64,000 bases of DNA, taken from positions 11,448-75,447 of the forward strand of contig CAZVUY010000004.1 of assembly GCA_964630525.1 (NCBI GenBank), given 5' to 3'. The translations under genes and the position numbers were made by a program. The DNA comes from an uncultured Candidatus Saccharibacteria bacterium. Lineage in GTDB: Bacteria; Patescibacteriota; Minisyncoccia; Phycocordibacterales; WO2-35-19. Below the pieces are notes generated by a model. That model saw nothing but the letters and a program-made list of their open reading frames with translations, ran no database searches and was not told where the DNA came from. This document shows, piece by piece, positions 9,113 to 18,463 of the stretch. Every line of letters begins with the position of its first letter. Positions within the stretch are counted from its first letter, which is position 1.

Positions 9113-9559
9113 ATGAAAGTGATTTTAAAACATGATGTGAAAGGAGTGGGGCGGAAATACGAGATCAAAGAGGTTTCCGATGGTTATGCCAACAATTTTT
9201 TACTACCTCAAAAGTTGGCCGAGTTTGCTACCAAGGAAGCGGTCCGCAAGGCTGAGATTTTGCACTCAGCAACTTTGGCAGAAATGAAAATCCAAGATGA
9301 TCTGGCTCAAAAACAGATCGCTGTTTTAAAAGAAACAAAGATTGTTTTAAAAAAGAAAGCCAACGAAAAGGGTCATCTATTTGAACAGGTACATGCGAAT
9401 GAGATCGCTGAGGCACTTAAAAATCAGGCGAAAATAGTTTTAGATCAGAGCCACTTGGTTATTGATAAACCAATCAAGGAAGTGGGGGAGCACGAAGTGA
9501 CTGTTCGGCTTGGTAAAAAAGAAGGCAACTTTAAGCTCTTGGTTGAAACGGAGAGCTAA
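9113..9559 (+). CDS. rplI: 50S ribosomal protein L9
   Basis: [36 protein letters not shown] is the typical L9 N-terminus; 148 aa. Confidence 0.9.
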   Translation: MKVILKHDVKGVGRKYEIKEVSDGYANNFLLPQKLAEFATKEAVRKAEILHSATLAEMKIQDDLAQKQIAVLKETKIVLKKKANEKGHLFEQVHANEIAEALKNQAKIVLDQSHLVIDKPIKEVGEHEVTVRLGKKEGNFKLLVETES

Positions 9560-9828
9560 ACCACACTGGCTACTTTTTTGATGAGAGTAGAACCATCGAA
9601 GTGAACCTTTCGTTTGGAGGTCATTTTGACAGTGCCGGCCTTGAGGGCAAAGAGGGTGTGATCGCGGCCGATGCCGACACCGTTGCCTGGAAGAATTTTG
9701 GAACCTCGTTGACGCACCAAAACAGAGCCGACAATGCATTTCTCGCCGTCCGCCACCTTGACACCCAGGTACTTTGGTCCCGAGTCTCTACCGTTTTTTG
9801 TTGTTCCAGCCGCTTTTTTATGTGCCAT
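9556..9828 (-). CDS. rpmA: 50S ribosomal protein L27
   Basis: [38 protein letters not shown] is canonical L27. Confidence 0.95.
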   Translation of the reverse strand: MAHKKAAGTTKNGRDSGPKYLGVKVADGEKCIVGSVLVRQRGSKILPGNGVGIGRDHTLFALKAGTVKMTSKRKVHFDGSTLIKKVASVV

Positions 9829-9908
9829 ATGATTAGGTTGAAAGTGAAAAATTAAAAGTGTAAAGTTATTACACTGTTCGCTCCAAGTATAACTCTAAGA
9901 TACTAAAA

Positions 9909-10373
9909 ATGCAAGAGGAGAAAATAGAAGAGGAATACGTGGTTTTGGATGAGGCGGGGGAGGTAGAGAAAGCCAATCTGAAGGCTAAAGTAGAGGGTTT
10001 TTTAGAAAGCCGGTTGTTCGTAGCGACTGTTTTGGTGCTCGTATCCCTTATCGCTTTTTTCTTGGGGAGGGTGTCGGTTTCTAAGGTTGGGAAGGTCCCG
10101 GTCAGAGTGATAAATAGTAGCACGGCTGCTTCGATCAGCGGAGGAGTGGTCAATACTGGGGCGAACCTCCAGGTCGATGAGTCAGATGGTGCTATGCCGG
10201 CTGATTCGACCAGCGAAATAGTGGTCGGCTCTAAAAACGGCAACAAATATCACTATCCTTGGTGTCCTGGCGCCAAACAGATCGCCGATAAAAATTTAAT
10301 CAAGTTCAATTCCATTGCAGAAGCGAAATCTAAAGGTTATACTCCTGCTAGCAATTGCAAAGGTCTAAAATAA
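9909..10373 (+). CDS. Membrane-anchored protein with C-terminal Ada-like Cys-rich metal-binding domain
   Basis: TM segment (LFVATVLVLVSLIAFFL). C-terminal KYHYPWCPGAKQIADKNLIKFNSIAEAKSKGYTPASNCKG fits the Ada N-terminal Zn-domain pattern C..N..F.S..EA..G..PC..C. Confidence 0.4.
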   Translation: MQEEKIEEEYVVLDEAGEVEKANLKAKVEGFLESRLFVATVLVLVSLIAFFLGRVSVSKVGKVPVRVINSSTAASISGGVVNTGANLQVDESDGAMPADSTSEIVVGSKNGNKYHYPWCPGAKQIADKNLIKFNSIAEAKSKGYTPASNCKGLK

Positions 10374-11656
10374 AAATGTCTAAGTCTTATTATAAAACGT
10401 CCAACGATTTTCTCATCTCCCTCAAGTTGGGATTTTTTTTGGCACTGCGCCAAGTCAAAAGGTCAAACAAGGCGACTACTGGCTTGATTATTTTTGTGAT
10501 GACCCTCACTTTTTTAAACTTGGTGGTAGTAAGAGGGGTTTTGGTCGGACTGATCGAGGGTTCGGTTCAGGTCTATCGCAATTTTTCGACCGGAGAAATT
10601 TTTATTTCCAAGCTGCCCAAAAAAAGCTACATAGAAAATAGTCCTTATATATTGGAGACGGTGAAAACCCTGCCCTGGGTTCAATCTTTCTCAGCGCGTT
10701 ATCTAGAGTCTGGCAATATTGAAGCTGATTATAAAACCAAGATTCGCCTGACAGATGCTTCCAATAGTGCTGGAGGAGTGATCGCCGGCATCAATCCAGA
10801 GGCTGAAAATGCGACCACCAATCTTTCCGCGAAAATAGTTGAAGGCCAGTTTCTAACCTCAGAAGACACCGAATACATTTTACTTGGTTCTAGTTTGTTG
10901 AAAAAATATGTGCCGGTCGACTCGGCCAGCTTCAGTTTTTTGGAAAATGTCGAGCCGGGTACTAAAGTGAGGGTCACGGTGGGTGGCAATACCAAAGAAT
11001 TTACAGTGAAAGGGGTGATCCAAAGCAAGGCCGATGAGGTCGATTTTCGAGCCTATATCTTGGATACAACCTTGCGCAACATGATTGGTCGCACCGACTA
11101 CAATGTCGATGAAGTGGCTATCAGGTTGAAGCCGGGAGTCGATCCGGTGTTGGTGAAAGAGGCGCTCCTCAAGTCAGGGGCGGGGGAGACTGCGAGAGTA
11201 CAAACAGCGGACGACGCGCTCCCTAAGTTTGTGATCGATATCAAGAATACTTTTGCCATTTTGGGTAATGTTGTCGGCTCAATTGGTTTGGTGGTAGCTT
11301 CGATCACTATCTTTATTGTGATTTTCGTCAATGCGATCACGCGCCGCAAATTTATCGGTATTTTGAAAGGGATTGGTATCAGTTCTCAGGCGATCGAGAT
11401 CGCTTATGTTTTCCAATCTCTTTTTTATGCCATCTTGGGTATTGGTATCGGACTCCTCTTTCTTTATGGTTTCTTGGTCCCGTTTATTGCCGCCAACCCG
11501 ATCAAGTTTCCGTTTAGCGACGGTATTTTGGTAGCTGAGGTACCAGCCACTTTCTTCCGGGTTTTCTTGTTGTCTGTCGCCACTTTAGTGGCTGGCTATG
11601 TGCCAGCAAGGATTGTGGTAAAGAAAAACACGCTGGACTCAATATTGGGGAGATAG
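10355..11656 (+). CDS. ABC transporter permease (MacB/FtsX-like, large periplasmic loop)
   Basis: 433 aa with TM1, a ~230-aa periplasmic domain and three C-terminal TMs (FtsX-like). Co-operonic with the ATPase and the HlyD adaptor. Confidence 0.8.
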   Translation: MQRSKIKMSKSYYKTSNDFLISLKLGFFLALRQVKRSNKATTGLIIFVMTLTFLNLVVVRGVLVGLIEGSVQVYRNFSTGEIFISKLPKKSYIENSPYILETVKTLPWVQSFSARYLESGNIEADYKTKIRLTDASNSAGGVIAGINPEAENATTNLSAKIVEGQFLTSEDTEYILLGSSLLKKYVPVDSASFSFLENVEPGTKVRVTVGGNTKEFTVKGVIQSKADEVDFRAYILDTTLRNMIGRTDYNVDEVAIRLKPGVDPVLVKEALLKSGAGETARVQTADDALPKFVIDIKNTFAILGNVVGSIGLVVASITIFIVIFVNAITRRKFIGILKGIGISSQAIEIAYVFQSLFYAILGIGIGLLFLYGFLVPFIAANPIKFPFSDGILVAEVPATFFRVFLLSVATLVAGYVPARIVVKKNTLDSILGR

Positions 11657-11683
11657 TATGACGAGCTCACTATAAATAATTTT

Positions 11684-12376
11684 ATGAATATTATTGAAGT
11701 AAAAAATTTAACAAAGTCTTTCAAAAGCGGCGATCAAGAGCTGGTGGTTTTGAATGAAATGTCTTTTGAGATAGCACAAGGTGAATTTTTTGCGATCACT
11801 GGTCGTTCTGGTTCTGGTAAATCGACCCTTCTTTACCAATTAGGCCTTTTGGATCATCCAAACTCTGGTGAAATCATTATTGATGGGGTGAACGTCTCAC
11901 TTCTCGACAATGAAGGTAGAACCAAGTTTAGACTCAAAGAACTCGGCTATGTTTTCCAGGATTATGCACTGGTACCGGAATTGTCGGCTATCGAAAATAC
12001 AGTCATCCCTCTTTTGATGCAAGGGCTAGAAAAAAAAGAGGCTTATCAAAAAGCGGAGGCAGCTCTAACAAAAATAGGTTTGGGGGGTAGATTGAACAAT
12101 TTGCCAAACCAACTCTCTGGTGGTGAGCAGCAAAGAGTGTCGATCGCTAGAGCGATCGCTCATGATCCGAAGATTATCTTTGCCGACGAACCAACCGCCA
12201 ATCTTGATTCAGAAACAGCCGATACCGTGATGAAAGCCTTTATTGATCTCAATCAGCAAGGCCAAACCATCATCATGGTCACTCATGAACCAGAATACGC
12301 CGCTTTGACCCGAAGAGCGATCAAGATTGGTGATGGCAAGATCTTGGCTGACGGCAAGCCAGACGAAGTGATTTAG
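11684..12376 (+). CDS. ABC transporter ATP-binding protein (MacB/LolD-like)
   Basis: Walker A GRSGSGKST, signature LSGGEQQRVSIARA, Walker B IIFADEPT. Confidence 0.9.
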   Translation: MNIIEVKNLTKSFKSGDQELVVLNEMSFEIAQGEFFAITGRSGSGKSTLLYQLGLLDHPNSGEIIIDGVNVSLLDNEGRTKFRLKELGYVFQDYALVPELSAIENTVIPLLMQGLEKKEAYQKAEAALTKIGLGGRLNNLPNQLSGGEQQRVSIARAIAHDPKIIFADEPTANLDSETADTVMKAFIDLNQQGQTIIMVTHEPEYAALTRRAIKIGDGKILADGKPDEVI

Positions 12377-12404
12377 TCAAAATAATTTGTTATAATAGCG
12401 ATTT

Positions 12405-13889
12405 ATGAGTTTCCCAAATTTTATTTCCAAGAAATTTATATTTTATTTTATTGGTATTTTAGCCGTCGGTTTTATTGGTGTCAGTGTTTTCAAAAATGGC
12501 AACGGCAAACAGACTGTTTCTGTAAATTATACTGATATTATCCAAGAAGTGGCGGCGACCGGCAAAGTGAAGCCAAATCAAAGTGTTGATCTGGGTTTTG
12601 ATAAGTCTGGTCGGGTCGCTTCGGCGGCAGTTGTGGTCGGAGACACAGTAAGCCCTGGCCAAGTTCTGGCTACTTTGGAAGCGGGGGAGATATTAGCGGA
12701 TCTCAATAAAGCCAAAGCCACCCTGGTGGAGGAGAACATTAAGCTGCGTGAACTAAAAAATACTTCCCCAGTCTCTTATAGCGATGCGGGAACCAATCTG
12801 CAGGCGGCGATTCGAGAAGGTTTTGTTATCGCTGATAACGCGGTTCGCAACAGAACTGATCAATTTTTCAAAAACATTGCAAACAACCCCTACTTTGAAG
12901 TTTCTTTTACTGATGGCAACTATGTTCATTATTTTAAAGTACCGAGCGAGATCATACTGGATATCAACAACTCTCGTAAACAAGTCGAGATTATTTTAGA
13001 CAATTGGCAGAGTCGTACCAATAACCTAGGTCAATCCAATCTGGTGGCCGAATCAGAGAAAGCGTTGGCTGATCTCAACTACATCGCTTCTTTCTTGAAT
13101 AAAGTCGCGAGTGCTGTCAACACTTTTTCTCCAGCCGAATATGCCTATGAATCAACCGTTACTACTTACAAAACTACTGTTTCTTCGGCGAGGACCGAAG
13201 TGGCCAATGCTATATCTGATCTAGTGTCAGCTAAGGACAAATTCAACACCGCCCCAACTTTGGGTGCCGGGGGTCAATTTGAAGACATTCTAGCCCAAGA
13301 ATCAAAAGTGGCTCAGGCCCAATCTTCCATAGCCGCTTTGGAAGCGAGTCTTAACAAAACAATTATCCGAGCCCCTTTTAGCGGGGTAGTGACTCTACAA
13401 GATGCCAAGGTTGGCAATGCTGTTTCTCCTGGCAGCACTCTTATATCAATCATTAGCCAAAACCAAATGTATGTTGAAGCTAATATTTCTGAAATCCAAA
13501 TTGGCAAAATCAAGGTAGGCGATAGGGTGTCGATCACTTTCGATGCTTTTCCGAATGAAAAATTTAGTGGAGCAGTCGCTTATATTGAGCCGGGGGATGT
13601 GATTATCGACGGAGTGGTCAATTATAAAATCCGAGTAAGCCTAGATAGCTATGAGGAACGTATCAAAAGCGGCTTGACCGCCAACCTCAAGATAGAAACA
13701 GCTCGCAAGTCCGGTGTCCTCGCTGTCCCACTTTACGCTGTTGTGAAAGAAGACGGTAAGGCCTTTGCCAACAAGAAAATTGGAGAAAAAGAGTACCAAA
13801 AAGTACTGATTGAGCTTGGTCTCTCTGGCAACAACGGCCTAGTGGAAGTGCTAAACGGCCTCTCCGAAGGCGACACCCTCGAGTTCTGA
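12405..13889 (+). CDS. HlyD-family periplasmic adaptor (membrane fusion protein)
   Basis: N-terminal TM, lipoyl-like halves (GKVKPNQSVDLGFDKSGRV ... IIRAPFSGVVTL), long coiled-coil insert, C-terminal beta-barrel. Completes a MacAB-like tripartite exporter. Confidence 0.75.
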   Translation: MSFPNFISKKFIFYFIGILAVGFIGVSVFKNGNGKQTVSVNYTDIIQEVAATGKVKPNQSVDLGFDKSGRVASAAVVVGDTVSPGQVLATLEAGEILADLNKAKATLVEENIKLRELKNTSPVSYSDAGTNLQAAIREGFVIADNAVRNRTDQFFKNIANNPYFEVSFTDGNYVHYFKVPSEIILDINNSRKQVEIILDNWQSRTNNLGQSNLVAESEKALADLNYIASFLNKVASAVNTFSPAEYAYESTVTTYKTTVSSARTEVANAISDLVSAKDKFNTAPTLGAGGQFEDILAQESKVAQAQSSIAALEASLNKTIIRAPFSGVVTLQDAKVGNAVSPGSTLISIISQNQMYVEANISEIQIGKIKVGDRVSITFDAFPNEKFSGAVAYIEPGDVIIDGVVNYKIRVSLDSYEERIKSGLTANLKIETARKSGVLAVPLYAVVKEDGKAFANKKIGEKEYQKVLIELGLSGNNGLVEVLNGLSEGDTLEF

Positions 13890-13897
13890 TTTGACTA

Positions 13898-14674
13898 GTG
13901 TGGTATAATAGGAAAATGTTAGAAAAATACCTGCAGGACATAGGACTGAGTGATAAAGAAGCCACTATTTATTTGGCACTTTTATCTGTCGAGTACGCTT
14001 CCGTGCTTGATTTGTCAAAAAAGACCAAAATAAAAAGACCAACCGTTTACGTAATTTTGGAGTCACTTGCCAAAAAGGGTTTGGTCGGCGAAACCACAAT
14101 CGGCAAAAAAACCAATTATCAAGCCGAACCTCCGGAACGATTGGAAACCTTTGTTGAACGCCGGAAATTGCAATTAGAGGAGTCAGAAAAAGTTTTGAAG
14201 GATGTTATTCCTCGTATCAAAAGTTTTTCTAGAGATGCGGGAGAAAAGCCAATCATCAAATATTTTGAAGGTAAAGAGGGGATTGTAAGTACCGCTGAAG
14301 AGTTTTTTGCTAGCGAGACCGATAATAACGACCTGGTCTATTTGCTCTATCCCAGAGACTTGCTCGATGAAACTTTCCCCCAGAAAGAAAGAGAAAAATA
14401 TCGTAAGTCCAGGTTAGACAGGAAGATAAAGTCAAAAGTTTTATATACCTATACTAAAGGGGTGATCGCTTCTGACGAAATGGGGGAAAGGATTAAGGTT
14501 GATGAAAAAAGATACCCTGTTACTTGTGATATCGGAATCTATAAAGACAGGGTACGTATCAGTGTACTGGGTAAAAAATTGTCCGGTATTTTCATCAAGA
14601 GCAAAGATGTAGCCGATACTCTTCAGAGCTTGTTTAGAATGGCGTTTGAATCGATGAACAAAAATAATAAGTAG
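13898..14674 (+). CDS. TrmB-family transcriptional regulator
   Basis: N-terminal wHTH (ATIYLALLSVEYASVLDLSKKTKIKRPTVYVILESLAKKGLV), typical TrmB_N, with a C-terminal effector-like domain. Confidence 0.55.
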   Translation: MWYNRKMLEKYLQDIGLSDKEATIYLALLSVEYASVLDLSKKTKIKRPTVYVILESLAKKGLVGETTIGKKTNYQAEPPERLETFVERRKLQLEESEKVLKDVIPRIKSFSRDAGEKPIIKYFEGKEGIVSTAEEFFASETDNNDLVYLLYPRDLLDETFPQKEREKYRKSRLDRKIKSKVLYTYTKGVIASDEMGERIKVDEKRYPVTCDIGIYKDRVRISVLGKKLSGIFIKSKDVADTLQSLFRMAFESMNKNNK

Positions 14675-15165
14675 AAAACCCCACAGATTACTTGCTCATA
14701 CGACAAGCTTTCATCTGTGGGGTCCCGCCAACTACTCTCACTGTCTAAATGGCTCTAAACAGTGAGAGAACGCTATTTCCCTTTGTACCGTTTTTTTGGA
14801 CCGGCTCAGGGTTGTACTGGAGCGTCCCCCATAGGGAACACCTCCTTTTGCAAAGTACCTGGTTGGAGGTCGACTTTGTCGGATCCTCAAGACCGCTTCC
14901 TGAAGAGTTATGCTACCTCAGGAAGCGGTCCTTTTGGACCCTTCTAGTCGAACATAACTACCTCCTTTCCAGATCTGCACTAAGTATAGCAAATTATTAA
15001 AATTTGTCAACTATTTTTGTCTTTTTTAATTTTTTAAACCACCAAAATTAGCATTATTTGTCAGGCAAAATAATCACTAAATATTTCAGTATAACCTTAA
15101 AATGGCTTATTTTAAGGTCTTTTTTCGATCGTACAAAAGAAAATAAAATTAAATGTCAAAAATAC

Positions 15166-15193
15166 TTGACAAAATTAGTGCCGTGAGTATAAT
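15166..15193 (+). promoter_or_regulatory. Consensus sigma70-type promoter (TTGACA-N16-TATAAT)
   Basis: ttgaca at 15166-15171, a 16-nt spacer, tataat at 15188-15193. It sits at the AT-rich/GC-rich boundary and faces the GC-rich island. Confidence 0.6.
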
Positions 15194-15552
15194 AGCCATC
15201 AGAAAGTTTGAAAAGAGCTTCTGCCCCAACTTTTGAGCCCGGCCCAGTAACATATCGCCAGGGCTCACAAGTGGGAGCGGAAGCAAACTATGTGGCCCAA
15301 AAGGGCAACCCCACTGCGAGGGTATTTCGGAGGGACCAAGGTCTACTCCACACATGGTGGTGTCGCAGACCAGCTATCCGCTCCCGTGAATATAACAACG
15401 ACTCAACTTCAGCTGGTTCGTGTAGCGGATCGGATCCTGGCAAAGGCCGGCCTGAACAAGGTTGGTCAGCCGAAGAGAAACTGCAAGTATGAAGATCTGT
15501 TGGTGAAAGCCATCAAGACTCCTTGTGGTGGACAACCTGGTTGGCGACGGTA

Positions 15553-15578
15553 GGGGAGATTACTCCCCAATCTTTTCA
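15553..15578 (+). terminator. Intrinsic terminator-like hairpin (GGGGAG-ATTA-CTCCCC, then AATCTTTTC)
   Basis: Perfect 6-bp GC stem with a tetraloop, followed by a T-run. It lies ~360 nt downstream of the 15166 promoter. Confidence 0.5.
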
Positions 15579-15682
15579 GGATTTAAGTAAATTGAATTTT
15601 GGAAAGACCACATGATTGCAAAATCGTGTGGAAAAGAGTTCTTTGATTTTTTGATCCAGTAAACCCTGACCGAAAGGCAGGT

Positions 15683-16735
15683 ATGGATAAGGAGATTTTT
15701 GTGAACAACAATAGCAAGCTCGTCACGATTTTCGGTGCTTTGGTGCCGACGTTCTTCACGACCAAAGGTGGTGTCTCCATTTCGGAGGTTGCTCGCCTGC
15801 AAGCTGAAGCCAAGCAGCAGAACGATACGTTCTGGGCCAGGCTGACCGATGCAACCCGCGGTGTGTTTCGCAAGGTTGTTTCGTTCGTGGGGGCCGGTTC
15901 TTCGGTGCCTCAGACTGTCGCTGGCCCGACCATTTCGGTTGGGGAAATCGGCGGCTACGGCGAGGTGGCGGCGCGCAACGCGTCGACGGCGGTGTTTATG
16001 CACGGTGTCAAGCTCTTCAAGAGTTTGCAGGAGAGGCTTGAGGTGATGGATTTGCGGCTTTTTGTCGTAGAGAAGTTGCCCGAAGCTCCTCCTAGCCCCG
16101 AGCGTCCGCAAGAACCCTCAGAGCCCACACGGGCAAAGAGTGGTACGGTCTGTGACACCCCGGTGTTCATGATGCTCGGCAACATCGACGAGATGATTGC
16201 TGGCCTCAAGCCGGAGGTGCTCGCGCGGTTCGACTTCGCCTTCTGGAAGAGGGCGAATGAGCTCAATGCTCGCGCGGCGGTGATCGGCAAGCTGCTCTCG
16301 GAGCAGGGTTCGTTCTTCCGTGAGGTGATCAAGCCTCTACCTTCGGGTGGTGAGCAGGTCACCCAGGCTGGGGTAGTGATATTCCGGTACGAGAAGGCTT
16401 ACTCGCCCGACGAGCTCGTCGACTTCGTTCGCATTCGCGAGACCCTCCAGGCTGAGTACAACGATTTGCAGAAGCAGCTCAATGGGCTGAAGAAGCAGAT
16501 CAAGGACGCCGTCCGGGCTTACAACCTGGAACAGGAGCGTCAGTACCAGGCCGCGTATGGTGAGTACAGACTCGCATACGCCTCCTATCAGGCTGCCGTT
16601 AAGGAGCTCTTGGTTAATCACCAAGACGCTCTGAAGCGGCACGCCCAGGAGATGGAGCGGATTCGCTCTTCTGCCGAAACGTTGCGACAGGAGGCGCTGG
16701 CTGAAATGGCCACCCTCCGCGTGCGCACGGAGTAG
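15683..16735 (+). CDS. Hypothetical protein with C-terminal coiled coil (island gene A). Probable true start is GTG 15704, which follows AAGGAG
   Basis: Long ORF in a GC-rich segment with protein-like composition. The C-terminal ~100 aa are Q/A/E/R/Y-rich heptads. It is followed by tandem hairpins at 16836-16880. Confidence 0.5.
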   Translation: MDKEIFVNNNSKLVTIFGALVPTFFTTKGGVSISEVARLQAEAKQQNDTFWARLTDATRGVFRKVVSFVGAGSSVPQTVAGPTISVGEIGGYGEVAARNASTAVFMHGVKLFKSLQERLEVMDLRLFVVEKLPEAPPSPERPQEPSEPTRAKSGTVCDTPVFMMLGNIDEMIAGLKPEVLARFDFAFWKRANELNARAAVIGKLLSEQGSFFREVIKPLPSGGEQVTQAGVVIFRYEKAYSPDELVDFVRIRETLQAEYNDLQKQLNGLKKQIKDAVRAYNLEQERQYQAAYGEYRLAYASYQAAVKELLVNHQDALKRHAQEMERIRSSAETLRQEALAEMATLRVRTE

Positions 16736-16928
16736 CGCAGGGCTGACGAGAGGACATGTGCATCCGTAGAGGTTGGTAGAGTAGGAGGTTGAAAGATCTT
16801 CTGCTCCCGCCTCTGCGCGCGCGTGGTCCCACGCTGTTGTGATAAAAAATACAATGAGAATTGTATTGGTTTAAAATCAAACCAAGACACCACACACATC
16901 GGAGCGTTCCCGCGATTTTTCCACTCAG

Positions 16929-16981
16929 GTCTGAGTCTGGAGTCTGCAGGGAAGGCTCGTCTGGGTCTGTGGCTGTGTCTG
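16929..16981. repeat. Array of six GTCTG pentamers within 53 bp
   Basis: GTCTG at 16929, 16935, 16942, 16959, 16965 and 16977, in noncoding DNA between island genes. Confidence 0.7.
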
Positions 16982-17172
16982 CGTTTGGGTCTACAACCTT
17001 CACAACGGCGTGGGACACCTCGTCAGTAAAATCTTCTTTGTTCTTAGCTCGAGAGAATTCTCGAGCTCCCATTTGAGAAAGTAATAAGTTATTTTCTGAA
17101 ATGGGAGAAGGGGAGCCATTTGTTTAATCTTCCGAAAGTTTTGAAGGGAGAAATCCTGCCTAGGGACTACCC

Positions 17173-17201
17173 TTGACAAAGGTGGTTGATAGGTGTATAA
17201 T
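17173..17201 (+). promoter_or_regulatory. Consensus sigma70-type promoter (TTGACA-N17-TATAAT), then RBS AAGGAGGT
   Basis: ttgaca 17173-17178, tataat 17196-17201, AAGGAGGT 17212-17219, ATG 17225. Confidence 0.6.
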
Positions 17202-17224
17202 ATAAGGCAGAAAGGAGGTCAATC

Positions 17225-17437
17225 ATGACCTGGGCAGATTTTTTCAACAGGCCGAAGTACGTCTTCGGCCTCCTCGCCACCTTGGTGGTAGTGTGGTTCC
17301 TCTTCCACCCGGAGGTCTTGGTTGACCTCATCAACCGGGTGGTGATGCCCCTCTTGATGCAGGGGCTGGTGATCGCTATCGTGATCTGGGGTATCAGGAT
17401 CATGATCTTCGGCACCAAAAAGCCACCGAAGAAGTAG
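17225..17437 (+). CDS. Small 2-TM membrane protein with basic C-terminal tail (holin-like topology)
   Basis: 70 aa with two hydrophobic helices (FGLLATLVVVWFLF / GLVIAIVIWGIRIMIF) and a KKPPKK tail. Strong RBS and promoter. Confidence 0.5.
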   Translation: MTWADFFNRPKYVFGLLATLVVVWFLFHPEVLVDLINRVVMPLLMQGLVIAIVIWGIRIMIFGTKKPPKK

Positions 17438-17626
17438 CGGCGCAAAATCCGGTGACCAGCTTTCGCTGAAGCTTCAGCAGGGCAAGCGCACCGGTGTCCG
17501 AGTGAATATACCTCGGGCTTCTACCATAATTTCTTTGAAATTTTAAGGAGATTATGGTGGGAGTAAAAACCCAAAGTTCTTTCAAAATCGCCGGCGGGCA
17601 TTGTACGCAAAGAGGAGACTACTATC

Positions 17627-18037
17627 ATGAAATACATCGCAACACCGTATACACTTACCTTCGTGCCCGCAAACGATGATATTGTGCGAATGAAGGCGAT
17701 GCAACTTCTTATTGATGCTGCGTGGTCAGCTCAGTGGGATGCATGTCAAAATGAGCAGGAGGGCTGGGTGCGCCACTGCCGGTTAAAACTCGAGAGTGGA
17801 CATGTTACTTTGTTGGTGCGTCACTACCAGACCAAGGAAGAAAACTGGGCAGTTCGCATCAACTGCAATAACACGACGAATGGTAAGTTTGTCGTGAGAG
17901 CCTCTTCCAAAAAAGACTTGGAGGAGATTTGGAAGGTAGTTTCAAACCCTCGCCCTGGCAGATTCTTCGACATGGAGTATCTTACTCCTAGGGATATCCA
18001 AGGGGGCGCGGTCTTCTCCGTTGAGTCTGATCAGTAG
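17627..18037 (+). CDS. Hypothetical protein (island gene C)
   Basis: 136-aa ORF preceded by AGAGGAGA. Composition is soluble-protein-like. No recognisable motif. Confidence 0.45.
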   Translation: MKYIATPYTLTFVPANDDIVRMKAMQLLIDAAWSAQWDACQNEQEGWVRHCRLKLESGHVTLLVRHYQTKEENWAVRINCNNTTNGKFVVRASSKKDLEEIWKVVSNPRPGRFFDMEYLTPRDIQGGAVFSVESDQ

Positions 18038-18201
18038 AAAAGGCCTGACCAGCCGTAAAGAGGTCTCTACCTACGAAAGGAGGTGAAAAAACAGGCTGCT
18101 TGGGAACAGGCAGTCTTTTTACATGTAAAAAATAGGTTTTGTCTTCATTTTGGCTTCAAAATGGGTCAAAAAGGGGAGGTAAATAGCACAATATTTGGGG
18201 C

Positions 18202-18230
18202 TTGACGTCAAATCTATAATATGCTATAAT
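18202..18230 (+). promoter_or_regulatory. Near-consensus sigma70-type promoter (TTGACG-N17-TATAAT), followed by a hairpin
   Basis: ttgacg 18202-18207, tataat 18225-18230, then hairpin AAGGCAATCCAG..CTGGATTTTGCCTT and RBS AAGGAGGT at ~18297-18304. Confidence 0.55.
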
Positions 18231-18463
18231 AAAGGCAATCCAGTAGTAATGCTGGATTTTGCCTTATATAGAGCCTCATTCTAAGAATGGGCTAAAAGGT
18301 AAGGAGGTTGAGTGTTAAAGCAGAACAAAAATTTCAGGTTCGCGTTCTGATTCTTTCACTTCGAACTCCCTTGGTCTTTGCTGCTCCTAGCCAAATAGGC
18401 AAGGGGACTAATTTGAGAAATAAATAGCAAAGGTCGGGATTAAAATTAAACAATCGGCTTATT

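Noticed and set aside
15208-15553. Calling either the 94-aa or the 87-aa ORF in the island leader a CDS
   Set aside because: There are two mutually exclusive overlapping frames, neither with a convincing RBS. I cannot distinguish a small protein from an ncRNA without comparative data.
17041-17062. CTCGAGAGAATTCTCGAG (XhoI-EcoRI-XhoI-like palindrome) as a hint of a synthetic or cloning-vector origin
   Set aside because: It is a short palindrome forming part of tandem terminator hairpins, and no vector backbone features are present. It is more parsimonious as a natural hairpin.
15560-17072. Minus-strand ORFs of 183 aa and 152 aa inside the GC-rich island
   Set aside because: They are Arg/Pro-rich, typical antisense artefacts of GC-rich coding DNA. 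They overlap the plus-strand gene A, which has a proper RBS and terminators.
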